Assembly (NCBI GenBank): GCA_012295275.1
Contig: CM022670.1
Span: forward strand, 34,968,001 to 35,032,000
Direction of reading: 5' to 3'
Origin: Chrysomallon squamiferum
Taxonomy: Eukaryota > Animalia > Mollusca
DNA length: 64,000 nucleotides
Part shown: positions 40,001 to 55,150 of the stretch, piece by piece
Layout of the letters: each line of letters begins with the position of its first letter
How positions within the stretch are numbered: position 1 is the first letter of the stretch
Notes under the pieces: model-generated
What the model saw: only the letters and a program-made list of their open reading frames with translations
Database searches by the model: none
What the model was told of the DNA's origin: nothing
Position numbers and translations under genes: made by a program

Positions 40001-43000
40001 TTAGATAAAAGTGTAAATCATAAAACTGGTTTTACCCTTTTACAGTTCAAAATACTTGTTTGATTATTAATTACATTACTTGTTTACTTCAGTGAATAAA
40101 ACTGGATAATTCCATTATAAGATTATTAAAAAAATGTTTTTTAGTAATTTTGTTATAAAGTTAATATTTTTAAATTTTTATTTATTTTTTTATTTTATAA
40201 TAAATTATTATTTATTTTATTATTATATAATAATTATTGTTTGATTTTTGATATATTGTTTTGGTATTCTAATTTTATTCTAATTATTATTTCATTGTTT
40301 GTTTTGTTTTAATATAAAATGCAGTTTAATATAAAAATGATATTTTTGATTGTTTTTATAATTTTCTTGGTTTATTTATTGTTTTTATTATTATTTTTTT
40401 TTTGTTTATAGTATACATTTTAATATATTTTTTTTAATATGTGTTTTTCAATTGGTTTATTTATTTATTTTTATTTTTTTAATTTTTTGATGTCCTTCAC
40501 AGAGACCAGTATAAAAATGAATATGAAAGCAAGTTACGAGAAGAACTGGAACAGATAAGAATTAGAACCAACACAGAAATTGACAGACTTAGAACATCAA
40601 CAAAGGAAATGTATGAAAGAGAAAACAGGTTAGATACATCCACAAATTCAAAAAAGAAAAAAATGTATTATTATTAATGAAAATGTACTCATACGTCTGA
40701 TGTTTTTAAGTTTGTTTCCATCTGTCCATGGTCCATTGTATTGTTTTCGTGTTGTCAGAGAAAGAATATAAAAAGGATATGATATTCCTTAAAAAAATCC
40801 CTCAAATAACAATACATCATTAATTAGTTCTTTTATTCAGTACATTTTATCTTTGGTCAAAGCATGGTTCAGAATACAATATAAATTTAAAAGGTAAATC
40901 AAGTCCATATTACGGGTACATCAAGTTTATGTTATTTAATATAGATAAAATATCATTAACTATCCATTTGTCTTAATAAATGTTTATTTAGTAGAACTTT
41001 TCTATAACTTCAGGTTAAAAAATAATAAAGAATTAAAAGAAAAGCAGAGAATAATGTTTTATTTATTTATTTATTAATAAATTATTTAGTTTTTGTTTTT
41101 AAATGATCTAGTTATATTTTAACCACAGGAATAAAAACTCTGTACATACAAAAAATGGTCAGAAATACACTCACAAATAAAAAAAATGTTTTCATATCAA
41201 GAGCATGACACATCTTATTGGTATAATTATTAATAAAAGAGAATATATTGTGTGTATTGCAGACTTCCGTGATAAAAATGTTTTCGTACCAAGACATGAC
41301 ACATCTTATTGGTATAATTATTAATAAAAGAGAATCATGTGTATTGCAGACTTCCGTGATAAAAATGTTTTCGTACCAAGAGCATGGTACATCTTACTGG
41401 TGTAATTGTTAATAAAACAGTATTTTGTTTGTGTGAATTGCAGAAACTTGCGGGAGGCCCGTGACCAGGCAATATCAGAAAAAGAGAAGAGTCAGTGTTT
41501 AGAGAGAGAAATGAAAACTCAGTATGACCAGCTACTCAACGAGTAAGTACAGGTGTTCAAACACCACATCATTAACTATAAAATGTATACGTATAATATA
41601 TCCAGTAATGGAATACATTTTGTGAGGAAGAATTAAAAACCAACGGTGACCTTTTTCTAAGTGCTTAAATACCATAAATGCTCCACAGGTGACAGCTTTA
41701 GTAAATAGTTCAATTAAATGTTATTAAATGTGTGGAGTAAATCTTATATTTTAACTATTTTTTATAGTCGGTAACAAGATGGTAGGCTTATGAAATCTTG
41801 CAAAACAAGGAGTCTCATAAAAGGATAATTATCATGTTCCATTCAGAATGAGTTTTCTTTTATTTCACTTCAAGGTGTAAGACTAACATAGAGTTGATGG
41901 ACCTTACAATTGTCTGCAGAAATCAGTTATAATGCAGATATTGCAGCTGAAACAGCAGTCGTTTTGACTAAAATATATTCAACATTTTAAAAAGAAATAT
42001 GTTTTTAACATTCCAGAGTTGGAAATTGTAAAATTGTTGAGGACATGGCCTTTTTTCCATTTATCACTAGTTTTTTAAATTTAAAAAAGAAACCAAACAT
42101 TGTATATACTTTTTTTTTTATTTAATTATTTATTAATTATTATTATTATGTTTAAAATGTTTGTGTTTTTGGTATAGTTATCTTAATAGCAAAGGTTATA
42201 TATTCAAGGACAAATAATCAAAATGATGAATAATTTAATAATTCAAATTTATTTTATTCTTTATTATTATTATTATTTTTATTATTATTTCTATTGTTAT
42301 TGTTATTGTTATTGTTATTGTTATTGTTATTATTAATAAACAAATAAGTTATTTAACATTTTTATTTATTTATTTATTTTGTTTTTTGTTCCTCCAGATT
42401 CAGAAAGCTGCAAACCAGTGGAGATAACAGATACTCAGAATTGATGAATGACTTCAAAATTAAATCTTTTGAACTGGAACGAAATCAAATGGTGCATGAA
42501 GAAACTGTGAGAAACTTGAAAGAATCACAGATTGAGGTTGAAAAGCTGCAGAAGAAAGTTGAGGTAATTATCTAAGTTTAGCCAAAGCACTGCATTCCCT
42601 CCTGGAATGTTCATTTGAGGAGATGTAAGAATACATCTACTGTACTTCCAAGTTAGTGTTTTATTAAAATCAGGCAATTAACTTTGAACAACTAAACAGA
42701 TATCCTTGATACATTTAGTATACTTCAAAATGATAATTTTTATTGGCTAATAACAGAAATTAAAACAGTGTCAATGCTTTTTCTTCTGGGTTCCTTTTTG
42801 TATCATATTGTACATAAAATTTATATATGTAGTTATATATATTTAAATCTCTTGGACTATAATAATTTAGTAAATGATTTCTTCAGTTTCTGGGTTTTTC
42901 CTGTTTATATTTACAAAATAAAAAGGTGAAAAAAGAAATAATCTTATTCCTTTCATAATCAGATATTTCTTACTATTTGTATTATATTTTATCATGAGCA

Positions 43001-44872
43001 TGGAAATTTATTAAAAAGGTCTCGGTCTATCTACATGCGTAAGAAAGTGCCATCAATAAAGACACTGTATAAAACATATAATTATTAAAAACTGTTCACT
43101 GTGTATTCTATGCTGTAGGTGTTAATGAAAGAGTACCACACACTTGAGATGACTATGGAGAAGAGAGTTGTGGAACTTGAAGGAACTCTTTCTGAACAGA
43201 AAATGAAACTGCAGACATACGAGAAACTTGAACAGGAGCTCGATGACGTTGTGATGCAGGCTGCTGAAGGTAATGCTACTTCAATAACCCACAAGAATTA
43301 AAAGTTGTAACTGCAGTATTTATATGTTTGAATTTAATTAGAATGTTGGTGGTAATGATTTTTAAAAATGTAAAGTTATGACTGCTGTGTTTATCCGTCT
43401 CATGTTAATAAGACTGTTCGATGTTAGAAAAAGTAAAAAAAGAAAAAAGTTGTATTTACTAGTCTGACAAGAAGACCAAGAGTATCACTAAATGTGATTG
43501 TTAGTGATTAAATCCCCCCAAAAGTCAATAAAACTCCAAGCCAGTAAAATATTTCTATGCATTTTTATGATTGATGATAATAATGATGTTATTTGCAGTT
43601 TTTGTGATAACAGTTTCACACTGCCTGAGGTTTTTTTTTGTTTTTTATCAACTGTTTCGTCAAGTTTTGTTCATAAAACAGTGTGAATACATAACCTAAA
43701 AAGTTAACCTCAGTTTCTTAAATTTGTAATAAACAAACTTTATATTTAATTACACAATTTTAAATTGTTTTGATCCTGTCCTGATTAATCATTAAGATGT
43801 ATGGATCGACTGAATTGCATTTATGTATTTATTCTTAATTTCATTCTTTCTAACTCCTTTTATTCAGTTTTCAGTTTTCTGTTTTCTCTCTTTCCTCTGC
43901 TTTTTTTTGGTTTTTACTCTTAGATAAAAGATAAATATTATTATAACTAGGTATTTTATTGAATGTGTTGTTATTTTTCAGTGGAAGATGAGCAAGATGC
44001 TGAAAGAGTATTGTTCTCCTATGGCTATGGTGCCAATGTCCCAAGTACTGCTAAGAGAAGATTACAACAGAGGTAGTTCTGTTTGCTTTAAATTGCTACA
44101 GTTGTTGATATGGCAGTATTAGTTCCTTAGAAATAAATGAGCAGATCTATGTAATAACAGGTGAAAGTATAATTGGATTTATATTTTAAAAAATGCATTA
44201 AAATTTTATTCTTAAACCTTTCAGACAAATTGTCTGGGAGTTTAATTCAGTAAAAACATTATTTTGAATGTTATATATTTTCCAAATAAAAATAAATATT
44301 AAAAAAAATAAATGTGTTATTTATTTGATTTTGTGGGGTTTATTTCCTGTTAAACAATTTATGAATCTGTCTGTATATGTACAGACAATATCAGAACAGA
44401 CACAGACACATGCTAAATAATTTATGATATAATAATTTAATACTATTCATGAATCAGACCCTTTTAAACAAGATCTGTGTATAAATACAAACCAGTATGT
44501 ACAGTGCAAACTTGCACATTGAGCAGATGTTAAAACAATTACTGAAATATTGTATTGTAATTTAAATGTAATTTCATAGTGTCCAGCTTGCAAGACGTGT
44601 TCTAAATGTTGAGAAAACCAACACATCATTGAGACATGAAATAGAGAGAGAGAAACAGAAAACACAACAGCTTGCTGAGGAGGTAATTCTTCTTCTTCAT
44701 CTTCTTCCTATTATTATATTTTGCATTATACAGACATTCATTGTTCCAGTTTTGATGTAATAATGTGGAAAGATGAATAAAATGAAACCAAATCTTATTC
44801 ATTTTAAATAAAAATATTCTGTTATTAGAACTTACAAGATTAATTAATTAATTAATTAATTAATTAACTTAC

Positions 44873-44907
<35 letters not shown>

Positions 44908-46931
44908 TTTTTGAGTTCAAAAAAAAAGAGAACAAAAGAAACAAAAATTGTCCAATTCAGTATTAGTTATGAACAGAATGTTATGAAGTATACAATAAAT
45001 CTGTTTGTAAATTACTAAATAATTCTAACTGTAGCTTCGGAAGAGCAATTCTCTGTTGGACCAAGCTGAGCAGCCTTATAACTATCTTATAGAAAGCATC
45101 CGACTGAGGGACTCAGAGCTGCAGAAACAGAAAGAATTTATTGCTACAATGGAGGAGGATCTGAGGTATTTTTATTTGAAAAAAGATTTTATCTGCATTC
45201 TGGGTGTCAGATGTTTGAACAGTGATGCAATTTCTGCTTCAGGTCCAATACTGCTTTGTCAGAAGCTGTTGTTTTACATTTTCTGTTTATGGGAAGGCAC
45301 TTGTAAAAAGGTCCCTAGCTGCTAAATGAAAAAGAGTAACCCATTACATATGAGCAAAGGTTTCCTCTCATAATCTGAATTATCTTTAACTGTAACTAGG
45401 AATTATGACCCTCTCTAACCAAAAACATGTTATGTGTGTCATTAAATAAAAGAGTTCTTTCTGAATAAAAAAGTAAGGAGACTGAAACATGGCATTTTAC
45501 TGTTGTGCACCTGTAGTTATTTAATTTTATGTTCAGTTAATTTTAATAAATGTGCATTGAGATATTATTTCTTATTTATTGCTAAAGAATAATGTGGCAA
45601 TTTTTATTTTGATGTCGCTTTTTTGTTTTTGCTTTTTTTTTTTTTATCTCAAACAATGTATATTGGGTATATTCATTCCAGTCATTCATTGTAAAATATA
45701 AATTAATTATACTTACAGGAAACTTGAAAAGGAGAGAGGTGATTTAATCAGGATAAAGAATCAGATGTCACTGGATTTGGAGAGATTGTTAAATCAAAAA
45801 GAAGTAATATATATTTAATACCCACTTGTTTATTTAAACAGCCTGTTTTTGTGATTGTTTCAATGGCCTTCATTTAAATAGAAAAAATAAAAAACGTATC
45901 TATTTAAAATAATGAGTGGATGTATGTGTATATGTATATGCTGATGTAATGTGTAAATAACTGAATGAGTTTGAGTGTGTGAGCATTACAAGTGAATGAC
46001 AGAACAAGAAAATGTGTACAAGCCGTATGGGTATCTTGATGAATATCAATGGATAGAAAAAAATATTGTGAAATTTCTCCTTTCATTTACAGCGCTTACA
46101 GAATGAAATGTTGAAGAAACTGAACTTATTTATCATCTTTACTTCACCCTTAGTAATTCTTATCATCTTTGGAAACTGTGCATGAGATAGAGTTTGCCTT
46201 GATTTTCATTTTGTTTTCTTCAGGAGATGGCTGTTCTGAAACAAGTTGTTCTCAGTCTGTCAACACGTCAACATGGTGACGGCAAAGTTCACTCCAGAGA
46301 TCCAGCAAAACCAAAGAGTGCCTCATACAGACAGCAGCCTACTTTTCAAGTCTGGGATGAACCCAATGTGGAAATGCCAGGATCAATTTCATTGGTAAAT
46401 TTTTCTTTTTTTAAGTAGTTCTTCAGTGTCAGTTTTTTTTTTTTTTTTTTTTTTTTTTCCCCTTTAATCCAAGTTGCTGAGTTAGAGCATTATTATATTA
46501 AAAATAATTCAGTTTATATGACCATTAAGTTGATTGACTTTTTGAAAATTTTAAAAATTGATTGAAGTTGTTTTTCGGTTTCATAAAGCTTTGCATGTGT
46601 GTGATTATTATAATTTTATATATTTTAACATACAGTGTTATCCTTAGACATTTTTGTAGATTACAAAAGCACATATATTTAATGATAAACTTTTGCCTGA
46701 ATCTCCATTTCGTTTTTTACGTCAGTATTTTTTTATGACAACAAAACATTAACAGATTTTCTGTGTTTTTGTCGTGTTTGTTTGTTTTTCTTAATTTTGA
46801 ATTCTGTTTTTTTTCAACTCGTTGTCTTTCAGACAAAACATCCTGCTTCTCAAAAATGGGCAAAAAGTCTACAGAACAAGCATACAGCTGAAACAAAGTA
46901 CTCCAAAGAATATGGAATAGCAAGTACTTGA
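35860..46931 (+). CDS. PIBF1: Progesterone-induced blocking factor 1 (PIBF1/CEP90), centriolar coiled-coil protein, 773 aa
   Basis: 16 exons: 35860-36195, 36744-36962, 37502-37621, 38065-38198, 38856-38964, 39648-39829, 40503-40628, 41444-41542, 42398-42563, 43119-43269, 43982-44072, 44580-44682, 45035-45165, 45719-45803, 46224-46394, 46833-46931. Total 2322 nt, phases consistent. Signatures: [86 protein letters not shown]. Confidence 0.96.
41181..41455 (+). repeat. ~90-bp tandem triplication spanning the PIBF1 exon 8 acceptor
   Basis: Three units of 'aaaaatgttttc.ta.caaga.catg…taataaaa…gtgtattgcag(a)ctt'; the third unit provides the real acceptor at 41443. Confidence 0.85.
45290..45455 (+). 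mobile_element. Possible decayed SINE-like repeat fragment in a PIBF1 intron
   Basis: 'aaggtccctagctgctaaatgaaaaagagtaaccca…ggtttcctctc…tgtgtgtcattaaataaaa' resembles, from recall, the 3' half of abundant gastropod SINEs. Not verified. Confidence 0.3.
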
Positions 46932-47423
46932 ATGATGAAATCTGTGAATATAAAAATTAAATAAAACTCAAATTACTGTGATACTAAAATATCGAATATA
47001 GCTTTGTGTGCTTAGATGAAGAATAAATAGAAGACAGTTATGTAAAATCATTGTCAGATTTGTATGCAGTCTAATAATGCCCCCAAAATTTAGCCTCTTA
47101 AAAATTATATTTCACCTTTACCCTTTTTTGAAAGAATGTTTTTATCAGTTTTAAAGTTACTTACCTTTTGTAACCTGGTTGAAACACAGAATTAAAAATG
47201 TGTTAAAAATTTCTTACATATTGAAATTACAGCTACATTGCATTAAAATATTTAAATCAAATGTTCTGTTATTCTTCAAACATTTATTTCAAAACTTTTT
47301 TCAAAACAATATGCAACCATATTTTCAAACTTATATTAAATAAATTCTAGACACATGGCAAAGTATATGAAGATATTTACTTGTTTATATTATTTCCATT
47401 ATATATTGTTTTACATTTTTATT

Positions 47424-47458
<35 letters not shown>

Positions 47459-50400
47459 ATTTTAAGCTGTATTTTCAAATTCTTTTCATTATATACATAT
47501 ATATTAATCAAAATCTTAAATACCTAAATAGATGGAGCAAAAAAAGAAAAAAGAAAATATATCAGCTATAATAGCTTAATTGTTTCACTTAGAAATGATG
47601 GCAGGTGGAAAAACTGTGATATTATATTGTGATACAAAACAGAATCTTTATAAAGTCTTTGTACTCTTACAGACTTGCATAATTTTAACACCAAACATGA
47701 TAAAGCTAATCTATCAAGAATACTGGAACTTGTTAGAAGTGTCATTTGAGTATTAGTACAGTATTAAGAGTTAGAGTGATTTGTGGTGTTACTGAAAATC
47801 AAAACCTATTCAGAAACCTTTAGAATTGTGTCTCAGTTTTTATATGTGATGATGTTTTGGGTTGTGTAGAAAATTAAGAGTTCCAGGAAAAAAATGTTTG
47901 TAAAATTAATAAATTCTTCCTAACTGCTTGCTAACACTACTATCAGTGTAGATTGATTTTATTATGTGTAGAAAAGAATTCACAAACATTTAAAACTGCT
48001 CATGGATTTTATGGTGACCATGTGTTATAATCTATGTTAATTTAATAAGTCTCATTAATGTACGTTGATTTGTCAATGGTAATTTAGCTTGATGAATACA
48101 ATTCTCAGCATATTTGTTTTTTTTATATCATTACTAAATCCTTGGTATATTATTTTTCACCTGTCAAATATAAATTCAAATAGTGTATAATTTATGAATG
48201 ATAAGGAATTTATTTGGTTACTTTGCATTAATTTAATGTAAATGTTACTTAAGTGATTAATAAACACTTTAGGGGTTGATGGGAGGTCAGTACAGATTTT
48301 AGGTGTTGAAATCAACTTAAATCATAAATTATGCATAAAATATACTGAAAAATTTATGAACTCTTATGTCAGTATATTATTGTAATGCATAAGATTGTGT
48401 GTGACATATTACTGCAGAAAGGTCTGTTTAGACATGCAAGTGAGTGTGCATACAAAAATATATTCAAGGAATTTTTGTTCCTACCTAAAGTAAGAACATT
48501 TAGCAGAGGCTATAGGAAGACCCACATCTTCTTTTCATTGTTTTCTTTAGCAGAAATCTTGTGTCTATTTTTATTAAACTAACAGTGTTCCTGCTCAGAC
48601 ATGTTTGTTTCTTCTGTTAAATACAAAATTTATTAGAGGGTCATTAAATAGCAAATATTTCTATAATGGTGGTCCATTAGTAAAATATATGTTTTGTTTA
48701 CTTTGGTTTAAATTGCTGGATATCTAGTTAGGTTGTTTTTTTAGGTTTTTTTAAAAAAATACTTAATACTGTGAGAAAGTCAGGATTCATGTTTATATTA
48801 TTTTAAAACAGGTAAATTTGAATTCTGTGATATATCAGAAAATATGAATTTGGTACTGGCTTCCATAATCATGTTGCATATCAGCCAGAGGTTGTATGTT
48901 TTATACATTAAGAATGTATTTGCAAACTTTAAAAAAATTATAAACTGTAACAGCAATTTCTTATTTGCATTTTATGTTGTAAATGTTGTTTTAATAGTTG
49001 TAACTTATTTAATATAAATATTCAAATATATTTTGTTGTTCTTTTTTCACATATGCTGAACCTGTTAATAGTTTTATGCAAGTGAAGGAGAAAATGTAAT
49101 TTTCAGAAGTAAGCTATCATGCAAATCTGAAACAAATGTTTAACATTTAATACATATAATTAATTTACGTAAATTTTAAAAATTTAGTATCAGAATTCAT
49201 AAATCTTCAAAATTGTTATAATTATCTGATTTTTATTAAAATGAAAAATTTGTTGTTAGATAAATAAAACAAAGGCCAGAAAGTTTACTAAATTTATTTA
49301 GGTAATTTTATTAGTATTTCATTTGTATGGTACAACAGTTGGTCTGTTCTCAAGATTTTTTTATTCCCTTTGGAGATTACTAAAATCTGAAAGATAATTT
49401 TGTACATTATTATTATTACCATTTTTCTCAGTGAATTAAACGTTCTAACCATTTATAAAATATGTTCCTGTTACACAAACTTCATCTGACACTTTTCCTG
49501 CAACTGGAAAGAGAAAATGACATTGCAAATGCTGAATAAAATAACGGTTGTTTAAAAAATTAATCCCCTCAATTTTGATCACACTTGTTCTTTTTACTAG
49601 CAAATGTGTCTCTAAAACAAACCAAGGCATGATCTTGTTAAAGGCCAAAAAGGAATGTTAACAGATACGAAATGCTTCAAAATTTAATTTCAGTCAATAA
49701 GGGTATTACCTTTTACAAAATGTTCTTTGTTAAACTATGTAAATCTCATGAGACGTTTGATCAGAAGGATATTTAATGTATGAAAGGATAGGGCTCAAGG
49801 GTGATGCTTCTGTTATGATGGTTATCTAACAGATGGGGATCTAGTTTGTACAAGGATGCAGTTTTAGCACTGAAAATTCCATGTCTCCAAATGGGTATTC
49901 ATAAAAAAAAAAAAAAAAATAAAAAAATCATATCTTGTACATCAGTTACAATTTTATTAAGATTTAAGTCTGTAAATCAATAAATTTATTAAGACAGCAA
50001 TTTTAGTTAGTAATGCCACAATCTTTATTCCTGATCATCAAATACAGTTTAATATTGGGTAGTGATAATTTAGTCATCTGCATGCTGGTGTATTGTCAAA
50101 GGAGTAAGATTACAAAATTTAAAACATTAAACATGCCATATAACGTCAACAGACCCCTAATAGCAAAATAGAAGAGATGTCTCAATACATTATGTAATAA
50201 AAGATAACTTTATCCTAAGAAACAGCCACTGCATGTAACAGCAGTAGGTTTTACTTCACTTTATTTGCATGATCTTCAACCATGTAACCACTGTGGTTGC
50301 CAAACTTTTTTGGATCATGCTCTGTCGCAAGTCATCTGACGAAATTACTTCTCTATTTTTGAATATTTTAAATAAAAAAAGGAACTTGCGTAAAGATTGT

Positions 50401-50787
50401 TTTTAAATCGGATTTACTTTAATAATGAATATAAATACACCTGTATGACCTTTTAGATTAACAATTTCATTTCATTAAACAAAACAACTTTTATGTAATA
50501 TTAAAAAGTACAATTTCCTGGCCATCGATAATGGGTTCAGAAACATTTGATCTTAACAGATCAGGTTCAGATTGCTCCACATTTGTTCATTATAAATCAT
50601 GTTTCACCTTCATGATAGGTTTATCACTTAATAAGTAGCAAAAATAATTTAGTTTGTACGTAAAAGCAAGAAATAGATATTAAACATTCAAAATAATACA
50701 ACTGATTTTCAAAATTCCCTTATTTTAAAACATATTAAACTCTACACAGCTAGCAATTACAAAACAGTCCTTTTCATACACTAAATT

Positions 50788-51097
50788 TCATTCCAACATA
50801 ATATAGTCCACTTTTTCTGACACTCTTTTGCAACCAGTCACTGAAAATGCTTCAGTGTCTTTAGGATAAAATGTCAATTCTTTCAAAATGCTATTAACTA
50901 GATCTTGTTTAATGTGAGCCTTTTCACTGAAGTATTTCTTCCTGACTAGTTCATCTCTGATACATTCTTTTACATGAGTCTTGGTGAGTGGTAGGAACGG
51001 GATAAAAGCTGTTATGAGATGTTTTGTGATGAGCTCACTGTGCCACAAGCCACCTGTAGTAGAAAGATATGAAGATATTATTTCAACAGATTATATT

Positions 51098-51140
<43 letters not shown>

Positions 51141-54100
51141 CATTATAAACAAAACTCTAATAAAATAAAATGATTAATCATTTTTTTCTTAATTACTTAG
51201 CATTTAACTTTTAAAATAAACAGAACACTGCATAAAATTTTAAAATTATAAATTGATTGTATAACTTGACCATCAAAATAAATATACATCTGTAGAAAGA
51301 AGCCTGAAAGTATTAAACCTGACAGCTAAAAAAAAAAAAAAAAAAAAAGAATCAGGTAGTCCTTTGGGGACAAAAAGACAGAATCGAAATACACTCTATA
51401 CACTTCCCATTATGTTTTGTTTTGTTTTTGCCCTCCAGTCTTATTAACAAAATGTAACAACAAAAGAGTACAGTTTAAAAATACTCGGGTGTAGCCATTT
51501 TTCTGTGATGTCATCAGAACCAGGTCAGATAGATTTGCTCCAAAACATGTTTCAAACCTTCCTTTTTTCAGTATTATCAGTGTTTGCCCACAATGTGTGC
51601 AATGACATCATCCACTCTACTGGAGATAGCAGAATTTTCTAATGGTATTATTTTTATTACTGTACTTTATAATAAATGATGACTGGTTATCTAAAATAAA
51701 ACAATAATTTTGTTAAAATGACACAAGGTAAACTCTAATGAAAACAAAACTGGACTGACTTCTAGAGTTCACAGCTGATGTCAGGATGACTTTTTCCATG
51801 TCTGACAATTTGATGTCTTCTCGATTGTGTCCCTCGTCCCAGTATTGTTGTGTTAATTCTATTATCGGCTGACCTGCTGTATTACTGCAAAACAAGAACC
51901 CAAATATGAAACAACAAATGCATACAAGTGATAACTCAAAATTCAGGACAACAAATACCTCCAAGTTATGTCTCAACATTTCTTTGACAAATTAATCCCC
52001 CAAGTCAAAACAACTACACACATATAAAACATTCAATAATGCTGCATCAGGTACAACTGAATTGCTTGAACAGTCAACATGTAATAACATATGCAGTTTC
52101 TAAATGACTAATATAACCAAATAATAACTACATATGGTACACACATTATATACACATTATATATTCTAAATTTGAACACAAAAACACATACCAGAAAAAA
52201 CTTATTAGGTATAATTTGAAAATATTAAATCATTACACACAAAAACAATAATTTAATTAGTTTTCAGAGTTCTACATCATAATACATTATTTGTAAGTAA
52301 ATACTAAACCAGGTATACTTGGCAAAGAATATTTTTAATATTAAACAAAAGTAATTCCTAAAATCTTATTTGAATAACAAATATATCTTATCAAAACCCT
52401 AACCCATTAACTTTCAAATAATACAAGCAAGTAGTAATTCAATTACACACATGGCCATAACTACATTGAGGCAAATGAGGAGGCACTTTTGAGCGAGAGC
52501 TTATGGATGCCTTTGGTGGCCCCTTGAATCCCTCACCCAAAAAATCTAGTTATAAGCATGACTCAGACTGTACACATGATATGTTTTGTTTCAGTTATCA
52601 AATTAGTATTAGTATATGTATTAGTAATGCTGATATGATACAAAAGTAATTAGCTATATTTTTCTTATATGGCTTATAATAATAAAAAAATAAAAATAAA
52701 AATAAAAACCCAAAAACCCAACCAAAAACTATTATCTTATGAATGACATAGTAATATTATAAATATATCTTTTACAAAGAAATATCAAATTAAATCTTTG
52801 ATTAATTACCTTAAAAACAGGAAGACTGCCTTTTTATAGTCAACACCCCCAAGCTGGTCATAATAATCTAAATAAGGCTTGATGGTGTCTATCAAGCCAC
52901 TTGGCATTTTGTCCATTTCATCAAAAATGAACATACTATAAGGACACTCAGTGACATTGCCCTCTATCCAGCTTCGAAGTTGATCCTGAAATAATGGAAT
53001 ATATTTTTTTTCAGCAGTGATGATAAAATGAATTCAAAACATAATTCACAGATAGATCTAATTATGTATGTTCAGGAGCAAAACACAATTTATATTGTCA
53101 TCAAGTTTATAATCCTTTGGTTTTTATCAAGCTCATTTTTATGTAAAAACCCCACTGAAAGTCTTAGAATGTGCAATATTACATAATAGGTGATCAGCAA
53201 TAATCAGTAATTCATATAAAAAATTCTTTTTTTGTTTATAAATCAATATTATATACAAATAATTTAATAAAACAGCAATTCTCTGCAGCTACCAATAATC
53301 ACCCATTTCTTTGTTGTATACAAATTTTATGCTTGGTTTATTAACTAGGTTGTCCCTTATTTAATGATGTGGTAAACACATTTTGTTTAAGGTTTAGTTA
53401 GTTAAGGACAACATTCCCTTTAATTTTTCCCACTGAGCCTATCTTTTGATGCTTTGAACAAAACTGGAAACACACTGATGATATAGCGGACAAAACAGAC
53501 ATATTTTGTAAATAACAAAATTTTAAGAATGCAGGAAAATAGCCACGAGTTCTTTCTATACAGTACTTTCTAAACTACATTTGGGTTTCTGATTATTTGG
53601 GTATCAAGATTAAAATACTGCAATAATGTCTCTTAACACATCATATTTCCAAAAGTAATCCATCTGTGGGACGTATTTCCTTATTCATTGAACATTCTGA
53701 AGATGCTACAGTAACAAAGAACTACTTACCTTTCTAGCCTACCAGCATTAATGATTTCTGTGATTCACATCTAACTTGACAGATCACAAAATCCGCATAT
53801 AAGATAACAAAAAATTACTTTATGGAATAGGACCATCAGACAGTGACAGACAGTCACTTTCTTCTTTTCTTTTTTTTTAAAGAAAAGAAGATTTCATATG
53901 TGTTTTATGGAAAGCAGCAGACAACATACAGAATATAAAAATAATTACTTTATAGAATGGAACCATTCCTTCATGAGGAAATTCCTTAGTTGATGATATA
54001 AGATGGACAAATTTGCTTTTCATTCCTTTTTTGAAGAGATGCTCTGCTATCATTTTGCTCACGTAATTCTTGCCTGTTCCTGTACCACCATGGAAAGACA

Positions 54101-54731
54101 AAGCAAGAGCCTTTGCGGGGTTTTCAGATCTCACATGTCCTTTTATGTGGTTAATAACTGCTTTCATAACAAGGTGCTGACCATATAGTTCATTTTTCAT
54201 TGCTGGATGCAAACCTGTATATAATTACAGTAATATAAAATGTAGAATTAGATTAATCATACAATAGTAAATATTAATAATAATAATTATAATAATAAAT
54301 AAATAAATAAACAAATATGGGTAGCTAAAAAATCCACAGAAATCCAAAAGTATATTTTATTTATCCATTTATTTTTTTTTTTTTTTTCAGTTTTCATTCC
54401 TGTTACTTCGATCTATAATTCATTAAGACTCTTTACTTTTGTTTTTGGTGTTGCTGTTATACTGCATACATTTTAAATTTAATGTTAAAATTGTTTAAAC
54501 CTATCATTGATAAACAATAATAATACCGGAAGTATTTCTGAGAATCCATCGGTTATCACAATTCTCAGTAAAATAACTGGTCAGATCTTTGAAGTTGCTT
54601 ATCAATGCAGACACAACAAATGCAAAACCGGCAGTAATCCCAGAAATTGGTTCTAAGGCACATATGGGTCTAACTGCTACCAAAAACAGACAATATAATA
54701 AGCATAATAAATTTAGCCATTTGATGTTCAT
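50788..54731 (-). CDS. TOR1A: Torsin family AAA+ ATPase (torsin-1-like), copy 1, complete, 345 aa
   Basis: Exons 54731-54527, 54214-53949, 52985-52810, 51884-51760, 51053-50788 (1038 nt). Signal peptide plus hydrophobic N-terminal segment, LYGQHL, Walker A GGTGTGKN, Walker [12 protein letters not shown] sensor-1, FIPFLPL and redox sensor-II GCK. The symbol denotes the family; one-to-one orthology is not established. Confidence 0.95.
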
Positions 54732-54779
54732 GTTGATATCGAAAGTACTCTAGCTTGAGACCGAGAAGTATTACGCTTC

Positions 54780-55150
54780 ACAAAAAAATCATCTTTGGGC
54801 GAACATTATAAATAAAAGATAAAAATTACTGTGCATCAATCTATTAGTTTTACGCCGAGCATGTAACTAATCGCACAATAAGTTGAATAACTAATAAATA
54901 TTATTTTGATTCTGGTTAATTTTCCATAAGTTTATTGGTAGTTCTACACCGTCAGGTGCTACTAATTATATTACTCGTACAAAAATGTCCAGAAATTTCA
55001 TCTGCGCAAGCGAAATAGAATAACACTTGCTACGCCGTTCAAGTCTCAGTATCTCTTTTTTTTCTACCATTTGGGGAAACGTCACATGACAAGCAAATAG
55101 AAAACTATGTTGGGATTTTGGTTCTTTTCAGTTTGTTGAGATTCACCTAG
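54780..55150. promoter_or_regulatory. Probable bidirectional promoter between torsin (-) and TMEM144 (+), with a non-coding TMEM144 exon ending at 55150
   Basis: Head-to-head arrangement, local CpG enrichment, gtcacatgac E-box/CLEAR-like motif at 55081-55090, and donor TAG|gtaaag at 55150/55151. Confidence 0.5.

Noticed and set aside
53811-53837. Short imperfect copy of the torsin exon 2 3' end and donor inside intron 2
   Set aside because: Only ~25 bp and downstream of an in-frame stop; no evidence of use.
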